This document shows positions 1 to 12,646 of a stretch of DNA of 64,000 bases, in pieces. Under the pieces are notes generated by a model. It was given only the letters and a program-made list of their open reading frames with translations. It made no database searches and was not told the DNA's origin. Both the position numbers and the translations under genes were made by a program. Source of the stretch: Asterias rubens (taxonomy: Eukaryota); NCBI RefSeq assembly GCF_902459465.1, contig NC_047069.1:19468001-19532000 (forward strand), in the 5' to 3' direction. Position 1 is the stretch's first letter; each line of letters starts with the position of its first letter.

Positions 1-1356
1 ACGTATTGGATACAGTTTTGAACATGTTCAGTGCCGTCTTAAAATTGATCCGCTGGTCGACGGGAAGCCAATGTAGATCCGTGAGCAGAGGTCTGGCATG
101 GGAATATTTTGGCGTGAGAGTACCAGTGCACGACCAACAGAATGACAGGTGTGTCGTAGTCCAGTATTTGCGGATCATTAGTGATGTTGCGTATGTGATA
201 GTTAACGGACCTGCACACACCATTGACATGTTCACTCATTGACATGGAGTTGTCAAAAGTTACTCCCAGGTTCCGAACGGATGAGACAGGATTGATGGTT
301 GTGTTACCTATGGTGAGGGTTTAGTAGCTCAAGACGTTTGTATTGATATGGTGATGATGCTATGAAAAACTCTGTTTTGTTTTCATGCAGCATGAGTTTG
401 TTTGCAAGCATCCAGGTTTGGACATCCTGGATACAGTAAGATAGCCTAAACAAGCAGCACTCAGCATCACACGGGATGGCATGATCAAAATCTAGGTAGC
501 TTTGAATGTAATCAGCGTACATGTGGTAGTTGACTCCATGCCGATGAAGGATGTCCCCTATAGGAAAAACGTACATGGTGATCTTACGAAGGCCGAAAAC
601 AGATCCTTGAGGGACACTGAACTCAAGGTGATGGACATCAGAGTTGGCACTTGCAGCATGGACCCAACGTGTTCTTCTTGTAAAGTAGGACGAGAACCAC
701 TGTAGAGAAAACGGCTCTGCTGCTGACTATTATGCGAAGGATGTCGTTGTGTACCCTGAACAGAGCTGTCTCGGTGCTGTGACCAACTCTGTATGCTGAC
801 TGCAATGGGTCGAGTAGCTTGTGGTCGTCCAGGTATTGGGTGATTCGGGAGCAGACTACCGTTTCAATGACTTTGGACAGGTAGCGGATGTTAGAAACTG
901 AGCCATAGTTCTTGAGATCTTCTTTGTCCATTGAAGGCTTTTTCAAGATTGGTGTTACTATTGCACCCCCAGACTCTCTGGAAAGACACCTGACTGTAAG
1001 GATGCATAAACAATTTCAGTCAGCTTGGGAAGGAGTGTCATGATGTGACGCTTGAGTATTGAAGTGGGAATTGGATCCAGCTGGCATGATCTGTTGGTAG
1101 ATCGCTGAACAATCTTCAAAAATTGTTCAGAAGTGACATAATGAAAATCCGACAACTGGCAATCTGTAGACGGCAAGGTAACCGACAACTGCTGATCGAC
1201 ATGTTGATCAGCAATAAACAAACGAATGTTCTTTACCTTCTCCGTAAAGTGTTGACTAAATTGGTTGGCCAGCGCAGTTGGTGATATTGAAACGGTAGGT
1301 TGTTGTGGGATGCTGCCAATATATTCATTGAGGGTACGGGAAATACTCAATGCAGT
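1..1356 (-). mobile_element. Degenerate L2/CR1-group LINE fragment (RT region, internal deletions, frameshifts)
   Basis: Minus-strand ORF pieces read FTEKVKNIR...DPIPTSILK, KKPSMDKEDLKNY..VSNIRYLSKVIE..LDPLQSAYRVGHSTETAL and HGVNYHMYADYIQSY (YADD-like)..WMLANKLMLHENKTEF. These are typical of L2/CR1-type RT. Confidence 0.85.
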
Positions 1357-1368
1357 CATCATCATAAA

Positions 1369-1422
<54 letters not shown>
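1357..1422. repeat. (CAT)n microsatellite, the 3' tail of the RTE element
   Basis: About 20 CAT units directly after the RTE C-terminal coding region; it explains the poly-M and poly-I ORFs. Confidence 0.95.
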
Positions 1423-3400
1423 GCGCTCTGCTGCTGATTGCCACAGCTGCCCGGCCCGGAACTCAAAGTCTGCTTCCAGTTGGCCAACCCAGGTGCTGTG
1501 AGGTCGGCCTTTTGGCCTCTTCCAGGCTGGGCAGGGGCGGGATCCTCCCGGTGCTTCCACGCCCAGCTTGAGGGCCACATGGACAGGTGTATCCTCTAGG
1601 AGCCGTCTGACATGGCCAAAGAGGGAATGACGTCTCCGGGAAATAGTCACACGGAGGTGCTCGATGCCGGTGGTCTCATAGATTGTTGCGTTAAAGAAGA
1701 AATCAGACCACCGGACACCGAAAATGCGTCGTTGATACCTGAGGCTAAAACCTTCGTGTGATCAGCTCGGAGTGTCCATGTTCCGGAGCCATAGAGCAGG
1801 ACGGGGAGGACCAAGTCGTAAATATCCTCAGTTTGGTTGTGAGCTTGAGGCGTCTGTTCCTCCAAACACGGTCTAATTGGCCAAAGGTGGATGAGGCAAG
1901 CCCCAGGCGTCAGAGAATGTCGGGGGAGGAGTAGCCTGAAGATTGGATGTCACAGCCGAGATACTTGAACTTCTGTGTGACTTTGACAGAGCACCGAGGA
2001 CACCCGAGGTGGTAGAGAAGGGGTTGGAAACGTCACTTCCAATACGTGCAGTGGATGCACAGCCCATGTGCAGGTCCTGAATCAACGAAAGCAGTATTGG
2101 TGGGACATCGGTCGCTTTCAGGGCCTTCCAAAGAGCATCGCGATCCAGGGAGTCGAAAGCTGCCTTGATGTCAACGTAGGCAACGTGGAGAGGCCCCTCA
2201 AATTCACGGTGGAGTTCTGGAAGAAGTCGGAGAGCAAGCACGGCATCCAGAGTAGGCAGACCTCTTGTAAAACCAGACTGGTTGGGTCGTCGGTGACGGG
2301 CGAGTATGGGTTCTAAGCAGGAGAGCAGAACATGGCTGAACACCTTTCCAGGGACAGACAGTAGAGTCATAAGTCTGTAGCTGCTGCACTGGTTTCGATG
2401 CCCCTTTCCTTTGTACAGGGAGTTGATAATGCCATCCCTCCATTCAATAGGAACCCTGCCAGAAGACCATATGTTTTGAAAGAGCTTGTGGAGGGCTGCA
2501 CTGATTGGGGTTTCTGCACATTTGAGCAGCTCAGGAAAAATGCCGTCAGGTCCTACAGCACGCCCATTATTTAACTTCCTGATAGCAAAACGTACTTCAG
2601 CCACTGTGGGAGAGTCGGATGAGACGTCTGTGGCAGGGGATGTGCCTGAAGCCTGTGCAGTAAGGTATGGGCAGGGCGTAGCTGGGGGTGGTTAAGCATG
2701 GTGTTGTAGTGCTCCCGCCAGCGGGCATGAGTCTCCTCGATCGACTTGGGGAGGTGCTCTGTCCCTGTTGTGGGGGGACGCGCATGCACTTGATGGCCTG
2801 GAAGGTAGGACGGGGTTTGTTTTTGCAGTCCTTCTTCGGCATTGCCGGCGAGGTCGTTGTAAACTTCCTCGAGGTCGCTCTTGGCTGTCCGGAACCGAAG
2901 TTTCCCACAACACGCTAGTAACCTGCACGGACTTTTCCGCTTACAGCATTTATATCTCCAATGACAAGTTGTTGGTCATGGGGTGGAGTACTTTGAATGG
3001 GTGGTCCAGTTGGTTGAGGGAGCCGGGCATGAAGGATCCGGTTTGAGACTGGTGTCCATTGCGTTAGGGATTGACTGACATTGTTATTAAGGAGCAAGGC
3101 AACTCCCTCCGTGCGGCCTGAACTGCCCGAGTGGTACATTTTATACTGATCGATACGGCGTTCTCCAGTTCCTGGGATACTAGCTTCGGTAAGACCAGCG
3201 ATGCTTATTCGGTAGCGTGTCAGTTAATGAGACATGGCTTCCAGGTATACGGCGTTGGAGAGTGTCAGGTATACGTTCCATGTAGCGACACGGAGACACG
3301 ATCTTAGATCGAGTTTTGGTCCCAGTTTGGAGCCCACTATCAGTCTGGCACCGTCCCCTGTGGAAATTGAGGTGTCAGACGCCATTGAATCACGATATTA
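1357..3400 (-). mobile_element. Degenerate RTE-clade LINE (APE endonuclease + RT, internal deletions, (ATG)n tail)
   Basis: RVATWNV and YHSGSSGRTEGVALLL (APE); AIRKLNNGRAVGPDGIFPELLK..YVDIKAAFDSLDR (RT); KFKYLG, LPVLLYGSGTW, FGHVRR..RPKGRPHSTW; ends in a trinucleotide tail. The YADD segment is deleted near position 2000. Confidence 0.9.
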
Positions 3401-6400
3401 AAATTTCATAAATTAAAGGTGACACAAATTTCGTTAAAGTTAGGTATGTTTATACACGCACTTTGTACATTATAGGCTATATACACGCGCTAATTTGAGA
3501 CAATGTTTAATTAGTTGGGCTAAGCTAATTAGTAATCTGAGATTATTTTTCCGCCTAGGAGCTATTGTCAGGGATGTAACCAACATATCTATGAAAGAAA
3601 ATATCAAAATTTAATAAATTAAAGGTGACACAAATTTCGTTAAAGTTAGGTATGTCTATACACGCACTTTGTATACACTATGTGGCTATTATACACACGC
3701 TAATTTGAGACAATCTTTAATTAGTTGGGCTGAGCTAATTAGTAATCTGAGATTATTTTTCCGCCTAGGAGATATGGTCAGGGATGTAACAAACATATCT
3801 ATGAAAGAAAATATTAAAATTTCATAAATTAAAGGTGACACAAATTTCGTCAAAGTTAGGTATGTCTATACACGCACTTTGTACATTATAGGCTATACAC
3901 GCGCTAATTTGAGACAATGTTTAATTAGTTGGGCTGAGCTAATTAGTAATCTGAGATTATTTTTCCGCCTAGGAGATATGGTCAGGGATGTAACAAACAT
4001 ATCTATGAAAAGAAAATATCAAAATTTCATAAATTAAAGGTGACACAAATTTCGTTAAAGTTAGGTATGTCTATACACGCACTTTGTATACACTATGTGG
4101 CTATATACACGCGCTAATTTGAGACAATGTTTAATTAGTTGGGCTAAGCTAATTAGTGATCTGAGATTATTTTTCCGCCTAGGAGATGTGGTCAGGAATG
4201 TAACAAACATATCTATGAAAGAAAATATTAAAATTTCATAAATTAAAGGTGACACAAATTTCGTTAAAGTTAGGTATGTCTATACACGCACTTTGTATAC
4301 ACTATGTGGCTATTATACACACGCTAATTTGAGACAATGTTTAATTAGTTGGGCTGAGCTAATTAGTAATCTGAGATTATTTTTCCGCCTAGGAGATATG
4401 GTCAGGGATGTAACAAACATATCTATGAAAGAAAATATCAAAATTTCATAAATTAAAGGTGACACAAATTTCGTTAAAGTTAGGTATGTCTATACACGCA
4501 CTTTGTATACACTATGTGGCTATTATACACACGCTAATTTGAGACAATGTTTAATTAGTTGGGCTGAGCTAATTAGTAATCTGAGATAATTTTTCCGCCT
4601 AGGAGATGTGGTCAGGAATGTAACAAACATATCTATGAAAGAAAATATTAAAATTTCATAAATTAAAGGTGACACAAATTTCGTTAAAGTTAGGTATGTC
4701 TATACACGCACTTTGTATACACTATGTGGCTATTATACACACGCTAATTTGAGACAATGTTTAATTAGTTGGGCTGAGCTAATTAGTAATCTGAGATTAT
4801 TTTTCCGCCTAGGAGATATGGTCAGGGATGTACCAAACATATCTATGAAAGAAAATATTAAAATTTCATAAATTAAAGGTGACACAAATTTCGTTAAAGT
4901 TAGGTATATCTATATACACGCACTCTGTATACACCATGTGGCTATATACAAGCGCTAATTTGAGACAATCTTTAATTAGTTGGGCTGAGTTAATTAGTGA
5001 TCTGAGATTATTTTTCCGCCTAGGAGATGTGTTTAGGAATGTAACAAACATATCTATGAAAGAAAATATTAAAATTTCATAAATTAAAGGTGACACAAAT
5101 TTCGTCAAAGTTAGGTATGTTGCCGCACTTTGTACATTATAGGCTTTATACACGCGCTAATTTGAGACAATGTTTAATTAGTTGGGCTGAGCTAATTAGT
5201 GATCTGAGATTATTTTTCCGCCTAGGAGATGTGGTCAGGAATGTAACAAACATATCTATGAAAGAAAATATCAAAATTTCATAAATTAAAGGTGACACAA
5301 ATTTCGTTAAAGTTAGGTATGTCTATACACGCACTTTGTATACACTATGTGGCTATTATACACACGCTAATTTGAGACAATGTTTAATTAGTTGGGCTGA
5401 GCTAATTAGTAATCTGAGATTATTTTTCCGCCTAGGAGATGTGGTCAGGAATGTAACAAACATATCTATGAAAGAAAATATTAAAATTTCATAAATTAAA
5501 GGTGACACAAATTTCGTTAAAGTTAGGTATGTCTATACACGCACTTTGTATACACTATGTGGCTATTATACACACGCTAATTTGAGACAATGTTTAATTA
5601 GTTGGGCTGAGCTAATTAGTAATCTGAGATTATTTTTCCGCCCATGAGATATTGTCAGGGATGTAACAAACATATCTATGAAAGAAAATATCAAAATTTC
5701 ATAAATTAAAGGTGACACAAATTTCGTTAAAGTTAGGTATGTCTATACACGCACTTTGTATACACTATGTGGCTATTATACAAACGCTAATTTGAGACAA
5801 TCTTTAATTAGTTGGGCTGAGCTAATTAGTAATCTGAGATTATTTTCCGCCTAGGAGATATGGTCAGGGATGTAACAAACATATCTATAAAAGAAAATAT
5901 CAAAATTTCATAAATTAAAGGTGACACAAATTTCGTTAAAGTTAGGTATGTTTATACACGCACTTTGTACATTATAGGCTATATACACGCGCTAATTTGA
6001 GACAATCTTTAATTAGTTGGGCTGAGCTAATAAGTAATCTGAAATTATTTTTCCGCCTAGGAGATATGGTCAGGGATGTAACAAACATATCTATGAAAGA
6101 AAATATCAAAATTTCATAAATTAAAGGTGACACAAATTTCGTTAAAGTTAGGTATGTCTATATACACGCACTCTGTATACACCATGTGGCTATATCAAGC
6201 GCTAATTTTAGACAATGTTTAATTAGTTGGGCTGAGCTAATTAGTGATCTGACATTATTTTTCCGCCTAGGAGATGTGGTCAGGGATGTACCAAACATAG
6301 CTATGAAAGAAAATTTCAAAATTTCATAAATTAAAGGTGACACAAATTTCGTTAAAGTTAGATATGTCTATACACGCACTTTGTATACACTATGTGGCTT

Positions 6401-7800
6401 TACAAGCGCTAATTTGAGACAATCTTTAATTAGTTGGGCTGAGCTAATTAGTAGTCTGATATTATTTTCCGCCTAGGCGATATGGTCAGGGATGTAACAA
6501 ACATATCTATGAAAGAAAATTTCAAAATTTCATAAATTAAAGGTGACACAAATTTCGTTAAAGTTAGATATGTCTATACACGCACTTTGTATACACTATG
6601 TGGCTTTACAAGCGCTAATTTGAGACAATCTTTAATTAGTTGGGCTGAGCTAATTAGTAGTCTGATATTATTTTCCGCCTAGGCGATATGGTCAGGGATG
6701 TAACAAACATATCTATGAAAGAAAATATAAAAATTTCATAAATTAAAGGTGACACAAATTTCGTCAAAGTTAGGTATGTCTATACATGCACTTTGTATAC
6801 ACTATGTGGCTATTATACACACGCTAATTTGATACAATCTTTAATTAGTTGGGCTGAGCTAATTAGTAATCTGAGATTATTTTTCCGCCCAGGAGATATG
6901 GTCAGGGATGTAACAAACATATCTATGACAGAAAATATTAAAAATTCCTAATTTAAAGGTGACACAAATTTCGTCAAAATTAGGTATGTCTAAAACACGC
7001 ACTTTGTACATTATAGGCTATATACACGCGCTAATTTGAGACAAATTTTAGTTAGTTGGGCTGAGCTAATTAGTAATCTGACATTATTTTTCCGCCTAGG
7101 AGATGTGGTCAGGGATGTAACAAACATATCTTTGAAAGAAAAGATTAAAATTTTATAAATTAAACGTGACACAAATTTCGTCAAAGTTACGTATATTTAC
7201 CCACACTTTGTACATTATTGGGCTATAGAAACGCTAATTTGAGACAATTTTAATTAGTTGGGCTGAGCTAATTAGTGGTCTAAGAATATTTTTCCGCCCA
7301 GGAGATATGGTCAGGGATGTAACAAACATATCTATGAAAGAACAAATTAAAATTTCATAAATTAAAGGTGACACAAATTTCGTCAAAGTTAGGTATGTTT
7401 AACCGCACTTTGTACATTATTAGGCTATACACGCGCCAAATTGAGACAATCTTTAATTAGTTGGGCTGAGCTCATTAGTTATCTGAGATTATTTTTCCGC
7501 CTGGGAGATGTGGTCAGGGATTTAACAAACACATCTATGAAAGAAAATATTAAAATTTCATAAATTAAAAGTGACACAAATTTCGTCAAAGTTAGGTATG
7601 TTTGCCGCAGTTAGTACATTATTTATACACAAGCTAATTTGAGACAATCTTTAATTAGTTGGGCTGAGCTAATTAGTAATCTGAGATTATTTTTCCGCCC
7701 AGGAGATGTGGTCAGGGATGTAATCAACATATCCATGAAAGAAAATCTTGAAATTTCACAATTTAAAGGTGACACAAATTCCGTTAAAGTTAGGTATGCT
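3400..7800. repeat. Tandem satellite, about 22 units of 202-211 bp
   Basis: AATTAAAGGTGACACAAATTTCG recurs at about 3411, 3617, 3827, 4032, 4241, 4451, 4661, 4871, 5082, 5284, 5494, 5704, 5913, 6119, 6329, 6535, 6741, 6951 and onward to ~7760. Units are similar along their whole length. Confidence 0.98.
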
Positions 7801-7834
7801 GATAAAGCATCCCTGGTGGTGTCGACGTGTAATG

Positions 7835-7952
7835 ACGGTCGTTTGCGAATTTATTTTAATTCGGTGCTGAGGATAATTTCGGTGCTGGGCCCGATTTAGT
7901 GTTGGGCCCAAACACGGTGCTCACTTCAGCCTGGTACGTGACGACCGTATAA
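7835..7952 (-). mobile_element. Putative 5' terminus of a Helentron/DINE-1-like non-autonomous element (HINE) carrying the satellite
   Basis: Minus strand begins TTATACGGTCGT (7952-7941) with an inverted partner ACGACCGT about 100 bp inside (7836-7843) and a GGGCCC..GGGCCC hairpin. This resembles the DINE-1 TTATAC subTIR + IR layout. Confidence 0.5.
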
Positions 7953-8021
7953 CTGGAGGTGCAAAATATTTCCCACAATCCTTTGCGGGACGTCGGATTT
8001 TTGCTATCTGCAATAAGGTCT

Positions 8022-8175
8022 ATAGACCTTTTCGCAAATACCGGGGCGCGCGCGTAACGCTTGGAATTAGGTGCATTGTGGTCTAGCTGGTATCCAAATT
8101 TGATTCATATCTATCCCACAATGCACCTCATTCAACAGTCTGCGCTTGCGCATTGGTATTTGCGATAAGGTCTAT
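8022..8175. mobile_element. Palindromic MITE (unclassified)
   Basis: TIRs ATAGACCTTTTCGCAAATACC / GGTATTTGCGATAAGGTCTAT; inner inverted repeat GGTGCATTGTGG / CCACAATGCACC. Confidence 0.75.
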
Positions 8176-8551
8176 GCATGCAGAGCACCGAAGACTCACG
8201 CCCGCAACGACAGCATGCTACGTCAGTACGCCGGAGCACTGAGGCTGCCACACCGGGCAGACTGCGTGACACTATGGGTCGTCCCCGATCTTCCCGGACG
8301 TTAGCCTGAACATCGTACGTCACACTTGGAGGCTCGTGAAAAACGCCAGAGCTAGAGAGCTCTAGCGTAGGTCATTCTCCGTCCATCTTCACCTTCTGCA
8401 AGTGCATCTGCCAAACGTCACCTCAGACCAATCAGAAAAAGACACAGATTGCTTACGTCACCGCACCTTTATCCAATTAAATGATTGTACCCAATGAAAT
8501 CGCTGGTTCTGAAAATCAAGTACCCGGATAAAAATAGGGCCTAGTCTAACC

Positions 8552-8720
8552 CAGGTGTGGCGGTTTCAGTCTTCCGCCGTGTTCGGTTTTCCGGGACTCA
8601 GTACGGCACTAAAAATTGACTACTTTCGCTTGCTGTGCGCAGGCGTCGCATGACGTAATAATACCGTATTTGGTCTTTCGGGAAACTGAACACGGCGGAA
8701 AGTTGAAACCGCCACACCGG
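8552..8720. mobile_element. MITE with ~45-bp TIRs, possibly hAT-derived
   Basis: CAGGTGTGGCGGTTTCAGTCTTCCGCCGTGTTC.. / ..GAACACGGCGGAAAGTTGAAACCGCCACACCGG. The CAG terminus suggests hAT; the TSD is degraded. Confidence 0.6.
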
Positions 8721-10056
8721 TCAGCCCCAAGTGCCCTGTTTGGAACGGGTTTTTTGGTGCCATGCTGGCCCGAGGTGCATGACGTCACCACGAGAGGGCG
8801 AGTGATTGTTTGATAAGTTCTTGTCAGGGGCTCACAGTCTATCCACAGGACACTGACATTCCCTTCCTTTAATCTGCAAATTATTCATCGTTTTTTCGTG
8901 CGCGTGACCTGTGTGAATATTTAATTAGTCAAAAGGGCTCCTGGAATTCGGTCATTTTCGGCCTTTTCTGAAAAAATAATGTACCAGTGAATTGAAATGA
9001 AGAGCATATCTGTCCTTATGTATACAAAAAAATCCTTGCAACTCAAATTTGAAAAAAAGAAAATTGCACGTAAAAAATTGCTTCAAAAAGAAAGAAACCA
9101 AGTCTCAAAAACACGGCAAATTGTCCCGTTATGGATATCGGCAACAGTCCCCAATTAGTACATATGGATGGATTATTTCATATTCTTCCCGGAAATGTTA
9201 AAAGCGAGACCGGATCGAAGCTAGTCCAGTCAAGATACAGCAATTTCCACCGGTAGTCCAAAACCCACGTTACGAAAAAAATTAATCATTAAACAGGAGG
9301 GTTTTCCTGCACGGTGATTGGCTGACGATGACGTCACCCATTGATGTGGCAGCTTGCTGGGTTTTTTTTTCGTGGGTATTGTGCCCCGACCGCCAGGCCA
9401 GCGTTAGTTAATGACAAAAGAGCCCGTCTACTATGAGCTGAATAATAAAGAAGGGATTATAATACACAAATTGAAGATTGATTGTGCATGTCAAAATTCA
9501 ACTATGGCCCTTTTTGAAAACGGCTTCGGATCTAGATTCGCCTCAGGCGAGCTGGTCCCCGCGGGTGTACCATTGTACCATACACATTCATTCAAAAGTG
9601 TGTATGGGCCGGAGCCGGGTGTTCATCGTCTCTTACGTAACTAAGCAGAAGCTTGCCCCCCTAGAATCTAAGACATAGCAACTGTCTCGATAGTCTGAGG
9701 AATTCAATTTTATAAGTGGTGACTTTTGATCAAGCACGCCATTGTACCAACCAATGTTCAAATCAAACACGCAAATGGCTAATTGGCAGTGTCAGGGGAA
9801 ATACGATCACCAGAGACTTTGTCCCCAAATAATACGGTGGCAAAACATGGGACGGAGGAGATCGATTCAGCCAAAAGAGGGCACTGCCGTAGTGCTTTTT
9901 AGTTGGGATATATTGTTTTCTTAATCTATTCAAAAATGGGAATAAAAAAACATCAGGACAGTTAATTTTGATGACGGCATACAAATGGGAAAAAATGCCT
10001 TCTGAATGAATATCCTGTCGCAACGGCTCAATTTCCACTTTGCTATCATCACTTAG

Positions 10057-11296
10057 GTAGTATGGACAGCAAGATCTTGATGAAACTCCACCAGCGTGAA
10101 CAGCGCCGCATCCACGCCGTCATTGTAGAGCCAAACGCCCCGATGATGGAGCGTTACAAAGCACTGGTAGTCAAAGAGTCCGAGATGATGAGAGGCATCG
10201 ACTTCGAGTGGAGACAAGAAACTTTGGAAGGGTTTCAAAAGAGTCAGAACGGGGTGGAGGATAAATTTCATTTCATCGTATCCGTCAGCTCAATCTACTA
10301 CATCGATGACAAAGAAAGGTATATTCAGTATATGTACGACATACTGGAGGATGATGGCGTTCTGATGATCACAATCATGTCAGGTAGGCCTGTATGCTGT
10401 TATGCTGCATTTCGAAAACACTTCTTGTTATAATAAAGGGGGATTTGTTGGCGTGATCCTAGACTTGGCTTAATTTCTTTGATCGTGGCTTTTAGTCGTC
10501 TTGATTAGCCGCTACAAACAGCGCCCTCTTGCACTCAATCTCCGTCTTTTAGTGTGAGTTTAGCTAATAATGCGGAGGTGGGTCGTGGCTGGGATGCAGA
10601 TGAATAACCGTGATGTGGCACAACTGTTTCAGCCGTTGCTCTCGACCAATAGGAATGAAGAAACTGTCTTGAGAGAACAGGTGCAAGGTCGCGTGTCACG
10701 CCATGAATTAACACTTTTTACCGGTCATAAACAAAGGTTCATACACACCCACGTGACGCACTCTCCACCAATAGGAATAGCGAAACTGTCTGAGGTATTT
10801 ATGAATACTTGTTGAATATACTTGAAATATATGATTTACTGAACTTTTTTGTTTATCACTAATCCCGGTCAACTTCTTTTTGACTCACCCTGCACATCAT
10901 TCAGGAGATACACCCCCTAGCTGTTGGACGGCCTGGCTGGATCTTAAGTATGTCGAAAGTAGCCAGAGACAGGAACCTCTCCTTAATTCTTGTGACCTCG
11001 CGAGACTTTTTGAAAACCTGAGTATTCCAGTGAGTGAGATAGTGCACTTGAAGTACTCAGTGAACGTCACACCATGCTTTGCTAGTCCCCTCGATAATCT
11101 GTCAGAGGAAGCGAACAGGGTACTAGACTTCCTGACACACGTGGACGGTTTCACCCAAAACACACCCGTGGAGTATCAAGAAAGTTTTCTAGAAATATTA
11201 GGGAGTGAAGATCAAACCGAGAGAGATGCATCCGGGCAATTTCTACTCGGTCAAGATCACGTGGTGTTCATCATACGCGGCACTGGTTCAACTTAA
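10057..11296 (+). CDS. Histamine N-methyltransferase-like class I SAM methyltransferase; last two coding exons only (10057-10383, 10905-11296)
   Basis: GSMDSKIL..VVEPN..RYKALV..FEWRQET..FHFIVSVSSIYYIDD..VLMITIMSG and ..CDLARLF..VNVTPCF..VLDFLTHVDGF..VFII match the HNMT fold from recall. Phase-1 AG/GT junctions are compatible; stop at 11294-11296. The exon carrying the GxGxG motif was not found. Confidence 0.82.
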
Positions 11297-12318
11297 GGAA
11301 TGGGCGTATTTAAAATTGTGCAACAAAATATGCACTCAAAATAATTTCTGTATGTTTTATTGTTTTGTTTATTTATTGTTTTTTAGCAGTTTCAATTTAT
11401 TGTTGGTCTGTGGATATGGGGAGATGGTAGCTGCTCGCCAACTTTAGATATAAAGGCGGGAAAACAGTGCAAAAAAACAGCAATATAGCAATGAATGTTT
11501 AGACTAATGTGAACTTAATATTACCTCAAACTTTATCAGATTAGGTTTGAATAAAAAGGAACTGAAGAGTATCATCAAGGAAGGAAAGCTAAAGATTGTA
11601 AAGACTCTGACTCAGAATTTGTTTTTAAAGGCTATGGGGGGATGAGACTCATGAGTGGGTATTCCATGAGACGTCAGTTGAATATGCTAATAAGTTGGAT
11701 GAATTTTATAACATAATTGATCAGTATGATTTCCATGTTGGTTGAAGTTAACAGCCTTCATGTTTTACATAAAATGGTCCAGATCCTTATGAGCTAAGTG
11801 TTTACGAACAAGACGTGTGCAGTCAGTTAAAAAAAATGAAAACGTCTATAAAAGGGTTATGTCACACTTACAAAATTACAGGCAACCCCCGACCCCGTTC
11901 AAGGCAATCACGAATAAGACAATTTGTTCTCGTTTCAGTTTTCTCATTATTTAATTATATATATTTTTTCTGGGGGGGGGTAAGAATTACCAGCTAGAAT
12001 GTTTCTTGTGTTGCCTAGTTTTATAGGTGTTCCTTGTGTTTGCAGTGGTTGCACTTTTGCCTCCGAGTTGCCTGTAAAAAGTTGCTCAGTGTGCCATGGC
12101 CTTAAGGCTGCAGTTGGACCAGTAGAGGTCTCACAATCATGTACTCGAATCGGCTTTTTAGAAAGTAGCATTTAACTTATATTTTGGTATACCCGGGTAT
12201 ATTCTACAGCTTTGGAAGTGCTCACGTATTATTCTCATCCTCAAGAAATGTTTTATAAAATGCATAATGATCTCAGGCCACATCAATGACAGGGTGTGTG
12301 TGTGTGTGTGAAAGGTTG

Positions 12319-12646
12319 TTTAAAGGGAAGGATACACGCTTGGTAATTACTCAAAACAAATAATTAACTTAAAAACTGACTTGGTAACAAGCATTGGAGA
12401 GCTGTTGATAGTATAAAACATTGTGGGAAACGACTCCCTCTGAAGTAATGTAATTTTTGAGAAAGAGGTAATTTCTCACTAAAATAATAAAAGACTTCTA
12501 GCTGTTTTTTCTTTCATTATTTTCTCGCAACTTCGATGACCGATTGAGCCCAAATTTTCACAGGCTTGTTATTTTATGCATATGATGGGATACACAAAGT
12601 GAGAAACTGGTCTTTGATAGTTACCAAACGTGTACCTTCCCTTTAA
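12319..12646. mobile_element. TTAA-flanked non-autonomous DNA transposon (Kolobok-like)
   Basis: TTAA-AGGGAAGGATACACG..CGTGTACCTTCCCT-TTAA; close copy at 33724-34045. Confidence 0.85.

Noticed and set aside
958-1650. 230-aa ORF with poly-Met (and antisense poly-Ile ORF) as a real protein
   Set aside because: It is a chance read-through of the RTE C-terminus, its (ATG)n tail and the adjacent L2-like fragment.
3400-7800. CRISPR-like array
   Set aside because: Whole ~208-bp units are homologous and there are no unique spacers or cas genes; the context is eukaryotic. ORFs called inside the array are repeat artefacts.
11947-12171. Minus-strand ORF as an exon of the putative antisense gene
   Set aside because: It has a possible donor but a weak acceptor and no recognisable protein similarity.
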